64,000 nt of DNA from Chiloscyllium plagiosum (GCF_004010195.1 NC_057714.1:7804492-7868491), one strand, 5' to 3'. Positions 1 through 12,950 are shown, counted from the first letter of the stretch. The notes: generated by a model from the sequence alone, not told the origin. Program-made: numbers and translations.

Positions 1-693
1 AGACCTTGGAGTGCAAGTTCATAGCTCCTTGAAAGTGGAGTCGCACGTAGATAGGATAGTGAAGAAGGCGTTTGGTATGCTTTCCTTTATTGTTCAGAGT
101 ATTGAGTACAGGAGTTGGGAGGTCATGTTGCAGCTGTACAGGACATTGGTTAGGCCACTGTTGGGATATTGCGTGCACTTCTGGTCTCGTTCCTGTCGGA
201 AAGAGTTCAGAAAAGATTTACAAGGAGATTGCCAGGGTTGGAGGATTTGAGCTACAGGGAGAGGCTGAACAGGATGGGGCTGTTTTCCCTGGAGCGTCAG
301 AGGCTGAGGGGTGACCTTATAGAGGTTTACAAAAATATGAGGGGCATGGAGAAGATAAATAGGCAAAGTCTTTTCCCTGGGGTCGGGGAGTCCAGAACTA
401 GAGGGCATAGGTTTAGGGTGAGAGGGGAAAGATATAAAAGGGACCTAAGGGGCAACTTTTTCACACAGAAGGTGGTACGTATATGAAATGAGCTGCCAGA
501 GGAAGTGGTGGAGGCTGGTACAATTGCAACATTTAAGAGGCATTTGGATGGGTATATGAATAGGAAGGGTTTGGAGGGATATGGGCCGCGTGCTGGCAGG
601 TGGGACTCGATTGGGTTGGGATATCTGGTCGACATGAACGGGTTGGACCGAAGGGTCTGTTTCCATGCTGTACATCTCTATGACTCTATGACT
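1..693 (+). mobile_element. CR1-clade LINE, 3' end of ORF2 (RT C-terminus) plus 3' UTR; cut off by the window edge
   Basis: Frameshifted ORFs 11-250, 169-486 and 505-861 give CR1 C-terminal motifs (LYRTLVRPLLGYC..FW, ERVQKRFTR.LPGL..LSY.ERL, RLRGDLIEVYK, RTRGH, FF.Q.VV). The element ends in a short tandem tail CTCTATGACTCTATGACT. Confidence 0.9.
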
Positions 694-877
694 TTAAGAG
701 ACAAGCAGAGCAAGAGTTGGACTAGGTTCTGCCTGGCCTCAGTATGGGGCATAGTCTCAGAAAATGGTACTCTCCTTTCATACTCCCAATCTCCAGCCTG
801 GCATGCCAATTATGACCTTCCTCAAAGGTGGAAAATTATCCACGTATGTGCTCACCAATGAAACTCCTTACATCTTA

Positions 878-1207
878 TGAGATTTGATTCCCCACAGTAT
901 GGAAACAGGCACTTTAGCCCAAGAAGTCCACAACAACCGTCTAGAGAGTAATCCACCCAGACCCATTTCCCTATCCTATATTTACCCCTGACTAATGCAC
1001 CTAACACTATGGGCAATTTAGCATCGCCAATTCACCTAACCTGCACATCTTTGGATTGTGGGAGGAAACCGGAGCACCCGGAGGAAACCCACACAGACAT
1101 GGGGAGATTGTGCAACTCTACACAGACAGTTGCCCGAGGCAGAAAGCGAACCCAGGTCCCTGGCACTGTGAGGCTGCAGTGCTAACCACTGAGCCACCAT
1201 GCCACCC
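878..1207 (-). mobile_element. tRNA-derived V-SINE (HE1-like shark SINE)
   Basis: The reverse complement begins GGGTGGCATGGTGGCTCAGTGGTTAGCACTG (A box) ... GGGTTCG (B box). It contains the V-domain core GTGGGTTTCCTCCGGGTGCTCCGGTTTCCTCCCACA..CAAAGATGTGCAGGTTAGG and ends in a tail (CCTGTTTCCATACTG) resembling the LINE tail at ~640-670. Confidence 0.85.
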
Positions 1208-1209
1208 TT

Positions 1210-2135
1210 ATATTGATATCTTGGCTGAGAAAAGTGAATGTATTGTAGGTTTGCAGGTGACGCAAAATAGGTAGGGTGGCAAGTGTTGAGGAAGACACAA
1301 AGAGTCTGCAAAGTGATCAAGACAAGGTTGGGCAATAATTTAGCAGTGGGAATAGAATGTGTAAAAAGTTGAGGTTATGCATCTTGGCAGGATGAATAGA
1401 GGAACTGAATATTATTTAAATGGCAAAAGACTGCAGAAAGTTACAGAACAGAAGGAATTCAAAATCCTTGCCATAATTCAAGTTAACATCCAAGTTCAGC
1501 AAACAATAGGAAAGGCAAATGGAATGCAGGCCTTTTTTTCAAAGGGGATGGAGTATGAAAGTAGGGAGGTTTTGCTAAATCTATGCAAGGCATTAGTCAG
1601 ACTACAGGTAGAATACTGTAAACAGTTTTGGGCTCCTTGTTTAAGGAAAGATATATTGGCATTGGAGGCAGTCCAGAGAAGGATCACCAGGCTGGTACCA
1701 GGAATGGAGTGATGATCTTATGAGGAGAGGTAGCATAGATTGAGCCAGTACTTATTGGAATATAGAAGAATGAGAGGTAACCTTAATGAAGCGTACAAGA
1801 TTCTTAGTAGACTTGACAGAGTGGATACAGAAAAGATGTCTCCCCCTTGGGAGAGTCTCAGAGTAATTTCAGAATAAGGAGTCTGACACTTAAGACGGAG
1901 ATGAGGAGGCATTTCTTCTCTCAGAGGGAAGTGAATCCATGGACTGCTGAGGCTGGGTCATTAACTATATTCAAGGCTGAGATGGACAAATTTTTAATTA
2001 GTAAAGGAACAAAGAGTTATGTGGAAAAGGCATGCAAGTGTATTTGAGAGCTAACAGATCTTCTATGATCAAATGAAACAGATTCAATGGGCTGAAAGGC
2101 TGAAATATGGCCCTACATGTTATGGTATTATGATT
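1210..2135 (+). mobile_element. Older, degraded CR1-clade LINE 3' fragment
   Basis: ORF 1377-1712 reads LLNLCKALVRLQVEYCKQFWAPCL.KDILALEAVQRR.TRLVPG, and ORF 1847-2047 reads RRHFFSQR.V..W. The tail is TTATGG-like at ~2120. Confidence 0.85.
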
Positions 2136-3545
2136 GCACAATGTTCAGCACAATTTGTGACTCCTAAGAGACTGAAGCAGTTCACATTCATATGCAGCAG
2201 TAAAATCTGGACAGCACCCAGAGTTGAGTTGAGAAGTGGCAAGTATCATTTGTGCCACCTGTGACTAAGGCAATGACAATGTCCAAAAGAAAATTACTCT
2301 AAACATAGCCCCTTCACATTCAATGGCATTACTATCACTGAATTCCACACTATTGACGTCCTCGGGGTTACCATTGACCAGAACCTAAACAGGGCCAGTG
2401 TTTTAAGCACTGTGGTTACAAAAGCAGGTCAAACCTATGAATTCTGCATGAGTAACATGCCTCATTATTACACAAATCCTGTCAACCAGCTACAAGTCAC
2501 CAATTCCTCTCACAAAACTGGAATCATTGGGGACATGCTCTCCAGTGATTGGAGTCATACCTGGTACATAGAAAGGTGGTTGTGGTTGTTGGAAATCAGC
2601 ACCATGACATCTCTGCAGGAGTTCCTCAAGGTGGTGTCCTAGGCCCAATGATCTTCAGCTGCTTCATCAATGACCTTCCCTCCTCATAAGATAGAACTAG
2701 GTATATTCGCTTATGATTGTACAATGTTCAGCACCATTCATGACAACTCAAATACTGAAGCAATCCATTTTCAAATGCACAAAATGTTAACAATATCCAG
2801 GCTTGGGCTTACAAGTGACAAGTAAAATCTGTACCACACAAATGCTGGGCAAAGACCATCCCCAATAAGACAGAATCTAAACAACACTTTTTATCATTCA
2901 ATGGGGTTATCATCACTGAACCCCCCACTGCCAACAACCTTGGGGTTACCTTTGACCAGAAATTCAAATGGACTAGCCCTTTAAACACAATGTTTACTAG
3001 AAATGGTCACAGACAAGGAATGCGGCTGCAAGTAACTCATCTCCTGATTCCTCAAAAACTATCCACTATCTACAAGATATAAACCAAGAATGTAATGGAA
3101 TACTCCACACTTGCATGGATGAGTGCAGCTCCAACAACATTCAAAATGCCTGATTCTATCCAGGGCAAAGAAGCCTGCTTGATTGGCAGCAAATCCACAA
3201 ACATTCATTCCTTCCACAACATCTACATGATGCACTATAGAAATTCACCAAAGATCATTAGCCAGCACCTTCCAAACCCATGATCACTTCCATCTAAATG
3301 AATTAGGGCATCAGATAAATAAGAACGCCACCACCAGCAGGTTCTCCTCAAAGCAACTCAACATCTTGACTTGGAAATGTATTGCCATTCTGTCACTGTC
3401 AATAGGTCTACATCTGGGAATTCCTTGCGTAGACATTCTGGGTCTACCTGAAGTGTGTGCATTACAACAGTTCAAGAAGGCAGCTCACCACCACCATCAA
3501 GGGCAACTAGGGACGGGCAATAACTGCTGGCCAGCTGACAATACA
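2136..3545 (+). mobile_element. Degraded LINE (CR1/L2-like) RT fragments of a second family, in two overlapping pieces
   Basis: RT motifs are visible in the DNA: GVPQG..LGP..F..FINDLP and FA.D at ~2620-2720, LGVT.DQ.L at ~2360 and ~2940, and MEYS..AW at 3095. The 3' end is GCAGCTCACCACCACC..CAAGGGCAA.TAGGGA.GGGCAATAA. Confidence 0.7.
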
Positions 3546-4351
3546 CCGAAGGATTCCTGCAGAGACTTCCTGGATCTGCAATGACAATCCAATGACCACA
3601 ACCATCTTTTTATGTGCCAGTTATGACTCCAAACAGTGGAGGTCTTGCCCTTGATTTCCAACAATTATAGTTTTGTTAGGGGTCCCTGATGTTGCACTCA
3701 GTCGAATGTGACCTTGAGATCAAGTTCTGTAACTCTCACCTCACTTCAGGAATTCAGCTTTTTTGTTGATGTTTACCAAAGTTGTAATGAGGTCAGGAGC
3801 TGAATGACTCTGTCAGAACCCAAATAGGGCATCACTGAGCAGGTTATTGCTGAGCAAGTGCTGATGCCACATTCCATCACTTTATTGATGATTGAGAGTA
3901 GACTGATGGGTGGTAATTGGCGAGGTTGGATTTGTTCTACTTTTCATGTACAGGACAGACCTTGTCAATTTTCTTTATTGTTGGGTAGATGCCATGTTGT
4001 AATTGTACTGGAACTTGTACTGGAACTCTACTATCAAGAGCTTAGCTTGTGGACCTGCATGTTCTGGAGAACAAGTCTTCAGTACTATTGCGAGAATATT
4101 GTCAGGGCCCATAGCCTTTGCAGTTTCCTGTGCCTCCAATTGTTTACTGATATCACGTGGAGTGAATCAAATTAATTGAAAACAGGTATTTGTAATGCTG
4201 GGGACTACTGGAGGAGGCTGAGACAAATCATCCACTCAGCACTTCTGGCTGAAGATTGCTACAAATGCTTCAGCTTTATCATTTGCACTGATGTGTTGTA
4301 CTCATCCATCACTGACGATGAGGTAGCTGTGGAGCCTCCTCCAGTGAGTTG

Positions 4352-5007
4352 CCTAGTGATCCCATGTCTTTAAGAGGTGGATTTTCTCCTTTTGTTTTAA
4401 TGAAGAGAGGTTGAGACAGAGCTGGTGAGTGATTGGTTTCAGATCAATAAAGTAAAAAGCTGTGAGGCCTAGGGTTTTTATTTTGAAAATTGGAACAATA
4501 GAAGCAGCCTGAAGGGGTGTGGTCAAGCTCCCACAGAACCAGAATTTTAGTTTACTTTCAGTAGCTGTTGGTGTTTGGAAGCTGCTATACGAATCTCCCT
4601 GCTGCAACAAAACACTTGAGTTCTCGCTCTCTCTAACTCTCTCAGAATTTTAAGTTGAAGTTTTTTCCTCTTGGACTAGAGAAATATTGTCTACGAGACA
4701 ATCAATTTTGCTGAGTTTGCCTCTGCCAAGGTTGTGTTTATGGTATGTTACTGTATTGAAACAGCTAATCAGTGGTAGTTAACTTATATACTATTTTGTT
4801 AAATATTTCAACTGAGTTACAGTTAAGATTTTTAAAAATTCATATTTTCTCTATATTTTACCTGCAGCGTAAGAATAAAGTGTGCTTTGCTTCAAGTCTG
4901 GGAGTTTGACCAATTGAATTGCACCTGGAACACAACACCTTATACTTAAGAAAAAGCTGAGATCCAGCTTATCTTCTTCTATTTTTAGGAGGTTTGGTCC
5001 ATAGACA
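4352..5007. mobile_element. Putative solo LTR inserted into the LINE
   Basis: The host LINE sequence stops at CCTCCAGTGAGTTG (4351) and resumes at GTTGTTTAATTGTCCA (5008), giving a 4-5 bp duplication (A)GTTG. The insert is ~655 bp, non-coding, has AATAAA at ~4874 and ends ...CATAGACA. The 5' TG terminus is ambiguous. Confidence 0.5.
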
Positions 5008-5831
5008 GTTGTTTAATTGTCCATTATTCACGACTGGGTGTGACAGGACTGCAGAGCTTAGATCTGATCCCATGGTTGTGACATCATTTAGTTCTGTCTA
5101 TCACTTCTCCTTACACTGTTTGGCATGCAAATAGTTCTATTTGGTCGCTTCACCAGGTTGACACCTCATTTTTAGGTGCGCCTGGTGATGTTTCTGGCCT
5201 GTGCTCCAGTATTTTCCATTGACTCAGGGCTGATCCCCAAATTGATGGTAATGATAGAGTTAGCCATGAGGTTGTAGATCGTGCTGGAGTACAAATATGC
5301 TGCTGGTTATGGCCCACAGCACCTTATGGATACCCAGTTTTCAGTTGCTAGCTTTGTTCAACGTTTGTCACATTGAGCACAACTGATAGTTTCACAAATC
5401 AGAAGAGTATTCTCAGTATGAAAGTAGGACTTTGTCTCACCGGCTCTGTCTCAACCTTGCTTCATTAAAAAAAGAGAAAATATGCCTCTTAAAGACATAG
5501 GATCATTACACAACTCACTGAAGGAGGCTGTACAACTATCCCATCTTCAGAAGCTAAGGACTGTGCAGTGGTCACTCTTAACAATACTGTCATGGACAGA
5601 TACACCTGCAGCTGGCAGTTTGGCAAGAATGAGGTCAAGTATATTTTTCCTGTTGTTGGTTCCTTCACCATCTGCTGCAGACCCAGCCAAGCAGCTGTGC
5701 CCTTTAGGACCCGAACAGTTTGACCAGTAGTACTCATGCTGAGACACTCTTGGTGACGGGCATTGAAATCCCCCACCAGGGAGTGTTTTCTGCCCTTGGC
5801 ACCCTCAGTGTTTCCTCCAAGTGTTGTTCAA

Positions 5832-6145
5832 CATAGAGTCATAGAGATGTACAGCATGGAACAGACCCTTCCGTCCAACTTGTCCATGCCGACCAGATAT
5901 CCCAACCCAATCTATTCCCACCTGCCAGCACCCGGCCCATATCCCTCCAAACCCTTCCTATTCATATACCCATCCAAATGCTTTTTAAATGTTGCAATTG
6001 TACCAGCCTCCACCACAACCTCTGGCAGCTCATTCCATACACCTACCACCCTCTGTGTGAAAACGTTGCCCCTTAGGTCTCTTTGATATCTTTCCCTTCT
6101 CACCCTAAACCTATTCCCTCTAGTTCTGGACTCCCCGACCCCATG
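5832..6145 (-). mobile_element. 5'-truncated young CR1 copy, same family as 1-693
   Basis: It is close to the reverse complement of 380-690 (GVGESRTRG.RFRVR...DLRGN.FTQ.VV; tail CATAGAGTCATAGAG) and is nested in the older LINE. Confidence 0.9.
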
Positions 6146-6408
6146 GAGGAGTGCTGATTCATCAGCTAAGTGAAGATGGAATGTGATAATGAACATGAGG
6201 TTCCTTGTCCATGTTCAACTGGAAGCCATGGGATTTCATGGACTGAATGTTGAAATCTTCCAGGGCGACTCCCATCTGACTGTATATCACTGTGCCACCA
6301 ACTTGCAGGCACTGAGACAAGACATATCCAGGGATGGTGATGGTGGTGCCCAGAACATTGTCTGTAAGGTATAATTTCACGAGTATAACTATATCAGGCT
6401 GTTGCTGT

Positions 6409-8790
6409 TGTTACGACACAGCGGTGAACCCCTCTGTTAATTAAACCAAACAATTCCAAAAGTGGCCTAACCAATGTCCTGTACAGACGCAACATGACCT
6501 CCCAATTCCTGTACTCAATATTCTGACCAATAAAGGAAGGCATACCAAACCCTTCTTTACTGTCCTAACCCTTCTTTACTATCCTCACTACCTGCGACTC
6601 CACTTGCAAAGAGGTATGTACCTGCACTCCAAGGTCTCTTTGTTCAGCAACACTCCCTAGGATCTTATCATTAAGTGTATAAGTCCTGCTAATATTTGCT
6701 TTCCTGAAATGCAGCACCTTGCACTTAAGATATAAAAGAGAGCTAAGTGGCTTTGAAAGGATTAAGTCTGTAGGGGTGTTGTTTTATTGGAACAGCATTT
6801 CCTACTTGCACCTCATGCACAATAGTATTAGCCCTCCCCATCTTATTCCTGCATAAGTCCTCATACTGCTGCAACAAACCTTTCAACTGGGTTCTTTGCT
6901 CCTGAAGCAAATCCCACTCCTCAAGGACTTCCTCATTGCTTAATGCATTTTGAGGAGCCATAAAACTCCTCAACACCTGGACTTGATTCCTCACTCTGCA
7001 GGACATTATCTAAGACCTGTTTTTCCAGTTCCCTGTCTCGATTATGATAAGGTTTCAACATATTCACATGACATTCCCAATACAGTTTTTTCCTTTCATC
7101 TTTACCAGATAGTTTATCTGACAATGTTTTCTCATTTGATAGGGACCACAAAACCTCGCTTTGAAGGGATCTCCTACCACTGGTAACAATACTAACACAG
7201 CATCCCCATGGGAAAACATCTGAATTTTAGAGGTTTTATCTGCCATCTGTTTCATTCTATGCTGTGCCCTCTTTAGGTGCTGTTTAGCTAACTCACCTAC
7301 CCAATTTAATCTCTCCCTCACCTCAGATATGTAATCCAATTGTGAGATTTCCAGCTTCGGTCTTGTCGATTTCTCTTTCATTAATTTCAAAGGCCCTCTC
7401 ACTTCATGTCTGAATATTGACACAAAGGGAGTAAACTCATAGATTTGTTTGGGGTATCTCTAATGGAAAACAATACAAATGGAATAACTTTATACCAGTC
7501 ATTCAGCTAATCCTGACAATATGCTCTTAACATGGTCTTCAGGGTCTGATGCCACCTTTCCAAAGCACCAGGGATTTAGGATGTAATGCACCTGACTTAA
7601 AATGCTGCATACCTAAGCTATCCATGACTTCCTTAAATAGCCTAAGGGTAAAATTAGAACCTTGGTCTGACTGAATTTCTCTGGGTAGCCCATACCGCGT
7701 GAAGAAAGCTACTAACTCCTCTCCCACCCTTTTTGCCTTAATACTCCATAGTGGAATTGCCTCCGGAAATCTGGTAGATACATCCATTATGGTTAGCAAG
7801 TACTGGTTTCCACTTTTAGTTTTAGGAAGGGGACCTACACAATCAATCATAACCCACGTGGAAGGTTCTTCAAATGTGGGAAATAGCAGCAAACATGCTG
7901 GTTTTATTACTGCCTGTGGCTTACCTACCATTTGGCATGTATGACATGAACAGCAAAAGTTAACCACATCCTTGTGCAGTCCAGGCCAATAGAAATGCTT
8001 TTGGGCCTTAGCCTGAGTCTTCCTCACACCTGGGTGATCTCCTACAGGTAGTTCATGTGCTACCCATAACACTTCCTGTCTGTATGCAACCAGCAACATA
8101 ATCTGGTGCACTTCCATCCATTTTTCCTCTGCACTAACCTGCTGTGGTCTCCATTTTCATCTTAGGATTCTTTCTTTAAAATACTAACCCTCAGGAATAC
8201 ATTCTGACTCTTTTTCTGAGTATGCATCAATGTATATATATCTTTTATTGTCTCATCTTTCTGTTGTGAGTCCATTAGCCTTTCCGGACTAAACACTTCT
8301 GCATGAGCCTCTGCCTATTCAGGTTTTTCCTGCACGATTACATCAAACAGGGTATCTGCTAACTGAACCTAACTGGAATCTTGTTACTACACAGTCTGGA
8401 CAAATTCCAGAATATTTTTCTTTTAACTCCTCAGTTCTCTGGTTTTCCTTTGGCTTCTCCACAACAAGGGGTGTCACTCCTGCCTTGGATCCTGCTAAAT
8501 CATTCCCAAGAACAAAATGTATTCCTGGAACTGTCACCCTGTCAATCACTCCCACTGTTACTTCCCCAGTCTTGAGTTTGCACTCCAATCTGATCTTACA
8601 TAGGGGAATGCTAAATTTCTGCCCATCTATTCCACAAGTTACTGTGCTCTTGGATAACAGGTCAGAAAGCGTGCAAATACATTAATCTCTTGCGATTAGA
8701 GAATGATTAGATCCTGTATCTCTCAAAATTATAACTTCATTCCCTTTTCCCCCTGTTCTTTTTGAGTAAAGTTTACCCACCGAGGTGAAA
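6409..8790 (-). mobile_element. Degraded Ty3/gypsy LTR retrotransposon of the Gmr1 type (protease-integrase-RT order)
   Basis: On the minus strand: protease LRDTG at 8712-8726 and ...VLGND; integrase HHCC (AHE..GDH, CHTC), MIDCVGPLP and SDQGSNF (7539-8117), and a GPY module (7064-7423); then the RT N-terminus IKQHPYRLNP (6743-7006). A possible LTR terminus TGTTACG lies at 6409. Confidence 0.85.
6455..6725 (-). mobile_element. Internal CR1 RT fragment nested in the LTR element
   Basis: GTGGCCTAACCAATGTCCTGTACAG..GCAACATGACCTCCCAA is the reverse complement of 113-160. Confidence 0.8.
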
Positions 8791-8794
8791 TTAA

Positions 8795-9020
8795 GAGTCA
8801 ACCACATTGCTATGGGTCTGGATTCACATGTAAACCAGACAGCTAATATAGCAGTTTCCTTCCCTAAAGAATATTGTGAACCAAATGCATTATTCTGACA
8901 ATCAATTTGTGGTCATCACTGGATTTTTAATTGAATTCAAATTGCACCTTCTGTCCTGGAACATACCCAGGTCTCTGGATTAACAGTCCAGTGATAACAC
9001 CACTAGGCCATCACCTCCCC
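8795..9020 (-). mobile_element. tRNA-derived SINE
   Basis: The reverse complement starts GGGAGGTGATGGCCTAGTGGTGTTATCACTGGACTGTTAATCCAGAGACC. Its body (AACCACATT.CT..GGTCT, TTCCTTCCCTA, ATTGAATTCAAATT) is shared with the copies at ~10.75-11.08 kb and ~13.05-13.42 kb. Confidence 0.7.
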
Positions 9021-9859
9021 ATACTAAGTCGGTAGGCTAATAAACAGGGATACATTTAAAGTGGAAGAAGAACACTTGCCAACCTGTTATAATAATTTCA
9101 AATTCACCTGAAAACAAACCTCCTGACAATTCAACTATTCATTGTTTGCTGATAATCCTCAGCTTTTGCAAGACCTTCGCTCCAGCTAAAGCATCAACTC
9201 ATCTAAGAAACTACAGGCCTATTAAGAAAGGGAATGAAATCACTCAGATTTGTAATGCTCTTGTTTTAGTTTTCTTACTCGTCTCTGTCTAAAATTTGTG
9301 TGTGACATAGTATGTGAGTAGAATGAGTGAACGGTCACATTTGTTAACCTCTGAAGTCAATGTGGGATCATCATTAACTTTCTTTATTTTAAAACTTACA
9401 AAGCAACTCATCACTGAAATTTGGGAGTTGAAAGATTAATGGCTCTTAAACTTCTTGAGCTACCAAGGATGGCTGTCTCAAGCAACTCTGGACCTAAAGG
9501 GGATCATTTGAAGATCTCTGTGTCTTGATATAGTTTGCAGATGCTGGGGTTGGCTGTATACTTAGCACTTCAAAGATACTTATAGGGTGAGAAGTAGATA
9601 TGCCATCATTCTGAAGGAGGAGGTCATATAGCCAAATAGCCAAACCACTCTCCTGAAATGGCACTTCAGCAAGACCAACATAGTAGTAGAGGACAGGAGT
9701 GATGCCTTTGAAGCCCCTTTGAACTCAATCTCCCCCAAGCTAAATTGTGCCAAAGCAGCTATCAATGTACCAAAGCAGCTGTCATAAGAGCTGTAATCAT
9801 ACAAAGTTCCACTGTGGTGTTGATGGATCTGACTCGTCCATCCAACAACAGTAAAAGCA

Positions 9860-11290
9860 TATTGCACTTGTACAGCATACTTGACTTAGTGTAATGTCCT
9901 AAGGCACTTCATTAAAGAACTATCAAACAACACTTGACACCAAGCTACATAAGGAGATGTTAAGGTATTGAGTAAAAGCTTGCACAAAAGTTTTATGGAG
10001 CACTTTAAAGAAAGAGAGCAATAGAGTGGGAGAGAAATTTAAGGATGGAACTCCAGATTTTATGAAGTAGCTTCTTAAATGCAAAAATTGCTATTGATAA
10101 AGTGATTTTAAAAGTGCCCAGAAATGAAGAAGAGCAGAAATATCAGGGTTTATAGAACTCAAGGAGGTTATGGGATAAGTGGGGGTGAGACGCAAACAAG
10201 GAAAGGAATTTTAAATTCAATATATTGCTGGATAATGCAAGACAGGAGGTATAGAGGTGACGGGCGAATGGGGAGTGCTGCATGCAAGGTATGGGCGGCA
10301 ATTATGAATGGGCTCAGTTTAAACGGTGTAAGATAAGAGGTACCTAGGATGGCATTGTCTAATCTGGATGTTATAAAAACGGCACGGCAAAAATTAGCCG
10401 AATCATAATAGACAGGATATTGGTTGGGAATCTCAACTTTATGTAAAAATCGACAACTTGATTGTGAAGAGCTTGGTTCAGCAACAACCATTTTCTAGGG
10501 AGATGGATAGAGTCACTAATGATGCAACAGAATTTGGGAGAGGGACCAAAGTCAATAGCTTTGATCTTCTAGAAATTTAATTAGAGAGAATTTCTTCTCA
10601 TCCAATACTGAGTGTTGAATAACTAAGTGTTACAAGTCAAAGACAGTCAAGCAGTTGACAGAACTGACAGTGAAGTACAGGTGAGTGTCATGAGTCATCA
10701 TTTTTTTAGATGATGTCACTGAAGGGCAGTGTGTAGACTTTTTTGTGTGTATTCACAGAATATAGGTATTGCTGACATGACCAGTGTTTATTCCCCATCC
10801 CTGATTGATTGGAGGACAGGGTGAACCACATTACTGTAGGTCTAGGGTCACATGTAGGTCAGGTGAGGTAAGGACTGCAGCTTTCTTCCCTAGAGGGCAT
10901 TAGTGACCCGATGGATTGTTCCTAACAATCGACAATGGTCATTATTAATCCCATAATTCCAGATTTTTATTGAATTCAAATTCCATTATCTGCCATGGCA
11001 GAATTTGAACGTGGGACCCAGGAACATTACCCGGATCTCTGGATTAGTAATCTAATGCTAATGCTTTTGAACTATCACTTCCCACTAATAGACAAGGATT
11101 AAATATAGACCTTTCGTATCAATGCAGGAATAGGAAGGAAAGCCATTGCAGGTATTTCTCTGGAATCAACTCTATAGATAGAAATGTAATCAGGCAATGA
11201 CAGTCCCACTAGGACAATGGAACAGAGATATTAAAGGTGATCAACCAAGTTGAAGGCTGAAGACAGTTTGGGAATGCTCAAAGATGGCAT
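9860..11290 (-). mobile_element. Highly degraded L2/CR1-like LINE 3' region containing a SINE insertion
   Basis: A tail-like AATGTCCTAAGGCACTTC lies at ~9890. Minus-strand ORF 10168-10491 contains AVFITSRLD, resembling the L2 RT C-terminal motif HAFVTSRLDY. Confidence 0.5.
10750..11085 (-). mobile_element. tRNA-derived SINE, same family as 8795-9020
   Basis: It shares the blocks GAACCACATTACTGTAGGTCT, CTTCCCTAGAGGGCATTAGTGA, TTATTGAATTCAAATTCC and GATCTCTGGATTAGTAATC. Confidence 0.7.
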
Positions 11291-12679
11291 AAGGGAAAAT
11301 AGGAGATAAATAACAGAACATGCGAGTTCAAGGCTGGTGAAGGAAGAATTTAGATGAAGTTTGGCTTGATAGCAAAAGAAATAAAGGAAATAGCAATGAA
11401 TGGTCTCAATTTTTGCAACAAAAACAGCAATGTGCTCTTTACCTTGGCTAAGTGAGAGAATAGGTTGCAGGTGACTGAAGATATACGCTAATAATGAAAT
11501 GTTTAAATTAGCCATTATGTGACTGACTGCAAAGATGCAACAAAAGATGTATTGAGTAAAACTGAACATGTTATATTTGTGGACGTGCATGCACACAGAA
11601 TGATTAACTATTTGCAGTTGAGAGAATACTTAATGTTACTGAGTATGTCTACTTTAAATGTTTGGAGTCAAAAGTAACAAATTAACTTTAAAAATATTTT
11701 TTAAATCAAAAAATGATTTTCTAAAACAAAAGAATTGTGCAGACCCTAGTTGCCAGAAGTTTATATAGGATTCCCTTCTCCTAATTTGAATAGACAAAGG
11801 CACGTGGAAAGAGAGTCTGTCTGTTGATAGATGTGGCTTAAGAATGTAAAATCTACCTAGGTAGCAGCTTTTAAAGGGTTCCAATTTACCATTAAAGGCT
11901 AACTTGTAGTAATGGCAGAAAAGTGAGCTAATTGCTCACAACTACAGAGTGGAGACATCTGGACAGGATTGCTCCCTTTGATGTGGCGTGTTGGAGTTTG
12001 TTTGGCTGAAAAAGCATCAAAGGATTCATACTTAGAACTAAAGCTCTGCTCTAGTAAAAGCAAAAGTGAAAGCTACATGTTGAGAAATCACAGACAGAGT
12101 GAAGGCAGCAATCCAGGTCCTTCTTACCTGGCTGAAAATTAAGAATAGACCTGCTGATATCACGGTGAGGAAGTATACAGTTCATCAGTGCACCCATCTT
12201 TTATCTGATCCATCTCCTGTGACATAAACCAGAGTTAAGAGTACCCACACTTTCATGATGGCATCATTTCCTGCATTGCGAGTGCAAATCATTTTGTGTG
12301 TAGGACAAAACACTTACCTTGTTGGTAAAATTGTCAGCTGCGGGAGAAATATAAATGTTTAGATTTCCTTTCTGTTCTCTTAGAGAGCTTGTCAATGAAG
12401 AAGTACCATCAACATTCAGGCTATCCTTGATCTCCTAATGGTTACCAACCATGTGGACTTTCTCCTTCTGAAAATACCGGATCTCTGGTCGTCACATATT
12501 AGAAGCATCATATTGTTTCTTGGACGATAGTCACTGATGTACAGAATGTAGTTTCTATGTAAATGACAGTAAATTAATACAATGTGCTCCTGTTGAACGT
12601 GGAGTTGTTTTGAGAAGCTGTGGTAGCTTTGTTAATGTCTTGAACATTTTGAAGCTTGTTAAGAAAAGGAGAAAACCTA

Positions 12680-12950
12680 GATCCTGTTGGCCTCTCAGGT
12701 GGTTAATAGCAGACCCATAGCATGTTTCTTTGAAGAGTGGGAGACTTTTCTCCTTTATCCTGGCCGACATTTATCCCTTGGTCATTCATAAAGAAGTTTT
12801 CCTGGTTATTATCTCATGGCTCTCAGTGGGCCATACTGAGTACAAATTAAATGAAATGATATTTTTTCCCACATTACCATAATGACGACACTCAGAAATA
12901 TTTAATTTGCTGGTAAGTGCTTTGGCATGTCCTACATGAGAGGTATCAGG
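12680..12950 (+). mobile_element. Degraded DeuSINE-like element (SacSINE1/AmnSINE-type central domain)
   Basis: TCCTGGCCGACATTTATCCCT...TTATCTCAT...TTTCCCACATTAC...AAGTGCTTTGGCATGTCCT resembles the Deu domain and L2-type tail as recalled. Confidence 0.5.

Larger units (their letters stand above)
3580..6408 (-). mobile_element. Degraded LINE ORF2 (endonuclease to RT region) on the minus strand, interrupted by nested insertions
   Basis: Minus-strand ORFs 5489-5776 (GDFNA.HQ) and 5547-5747 (PT..KNILDLIL ... SDH.TV) are APE endonuclease motifs. YRQ (near YRP) and QFGF-like RT motifs occur near 3790-3920. Confidence 0.75.
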
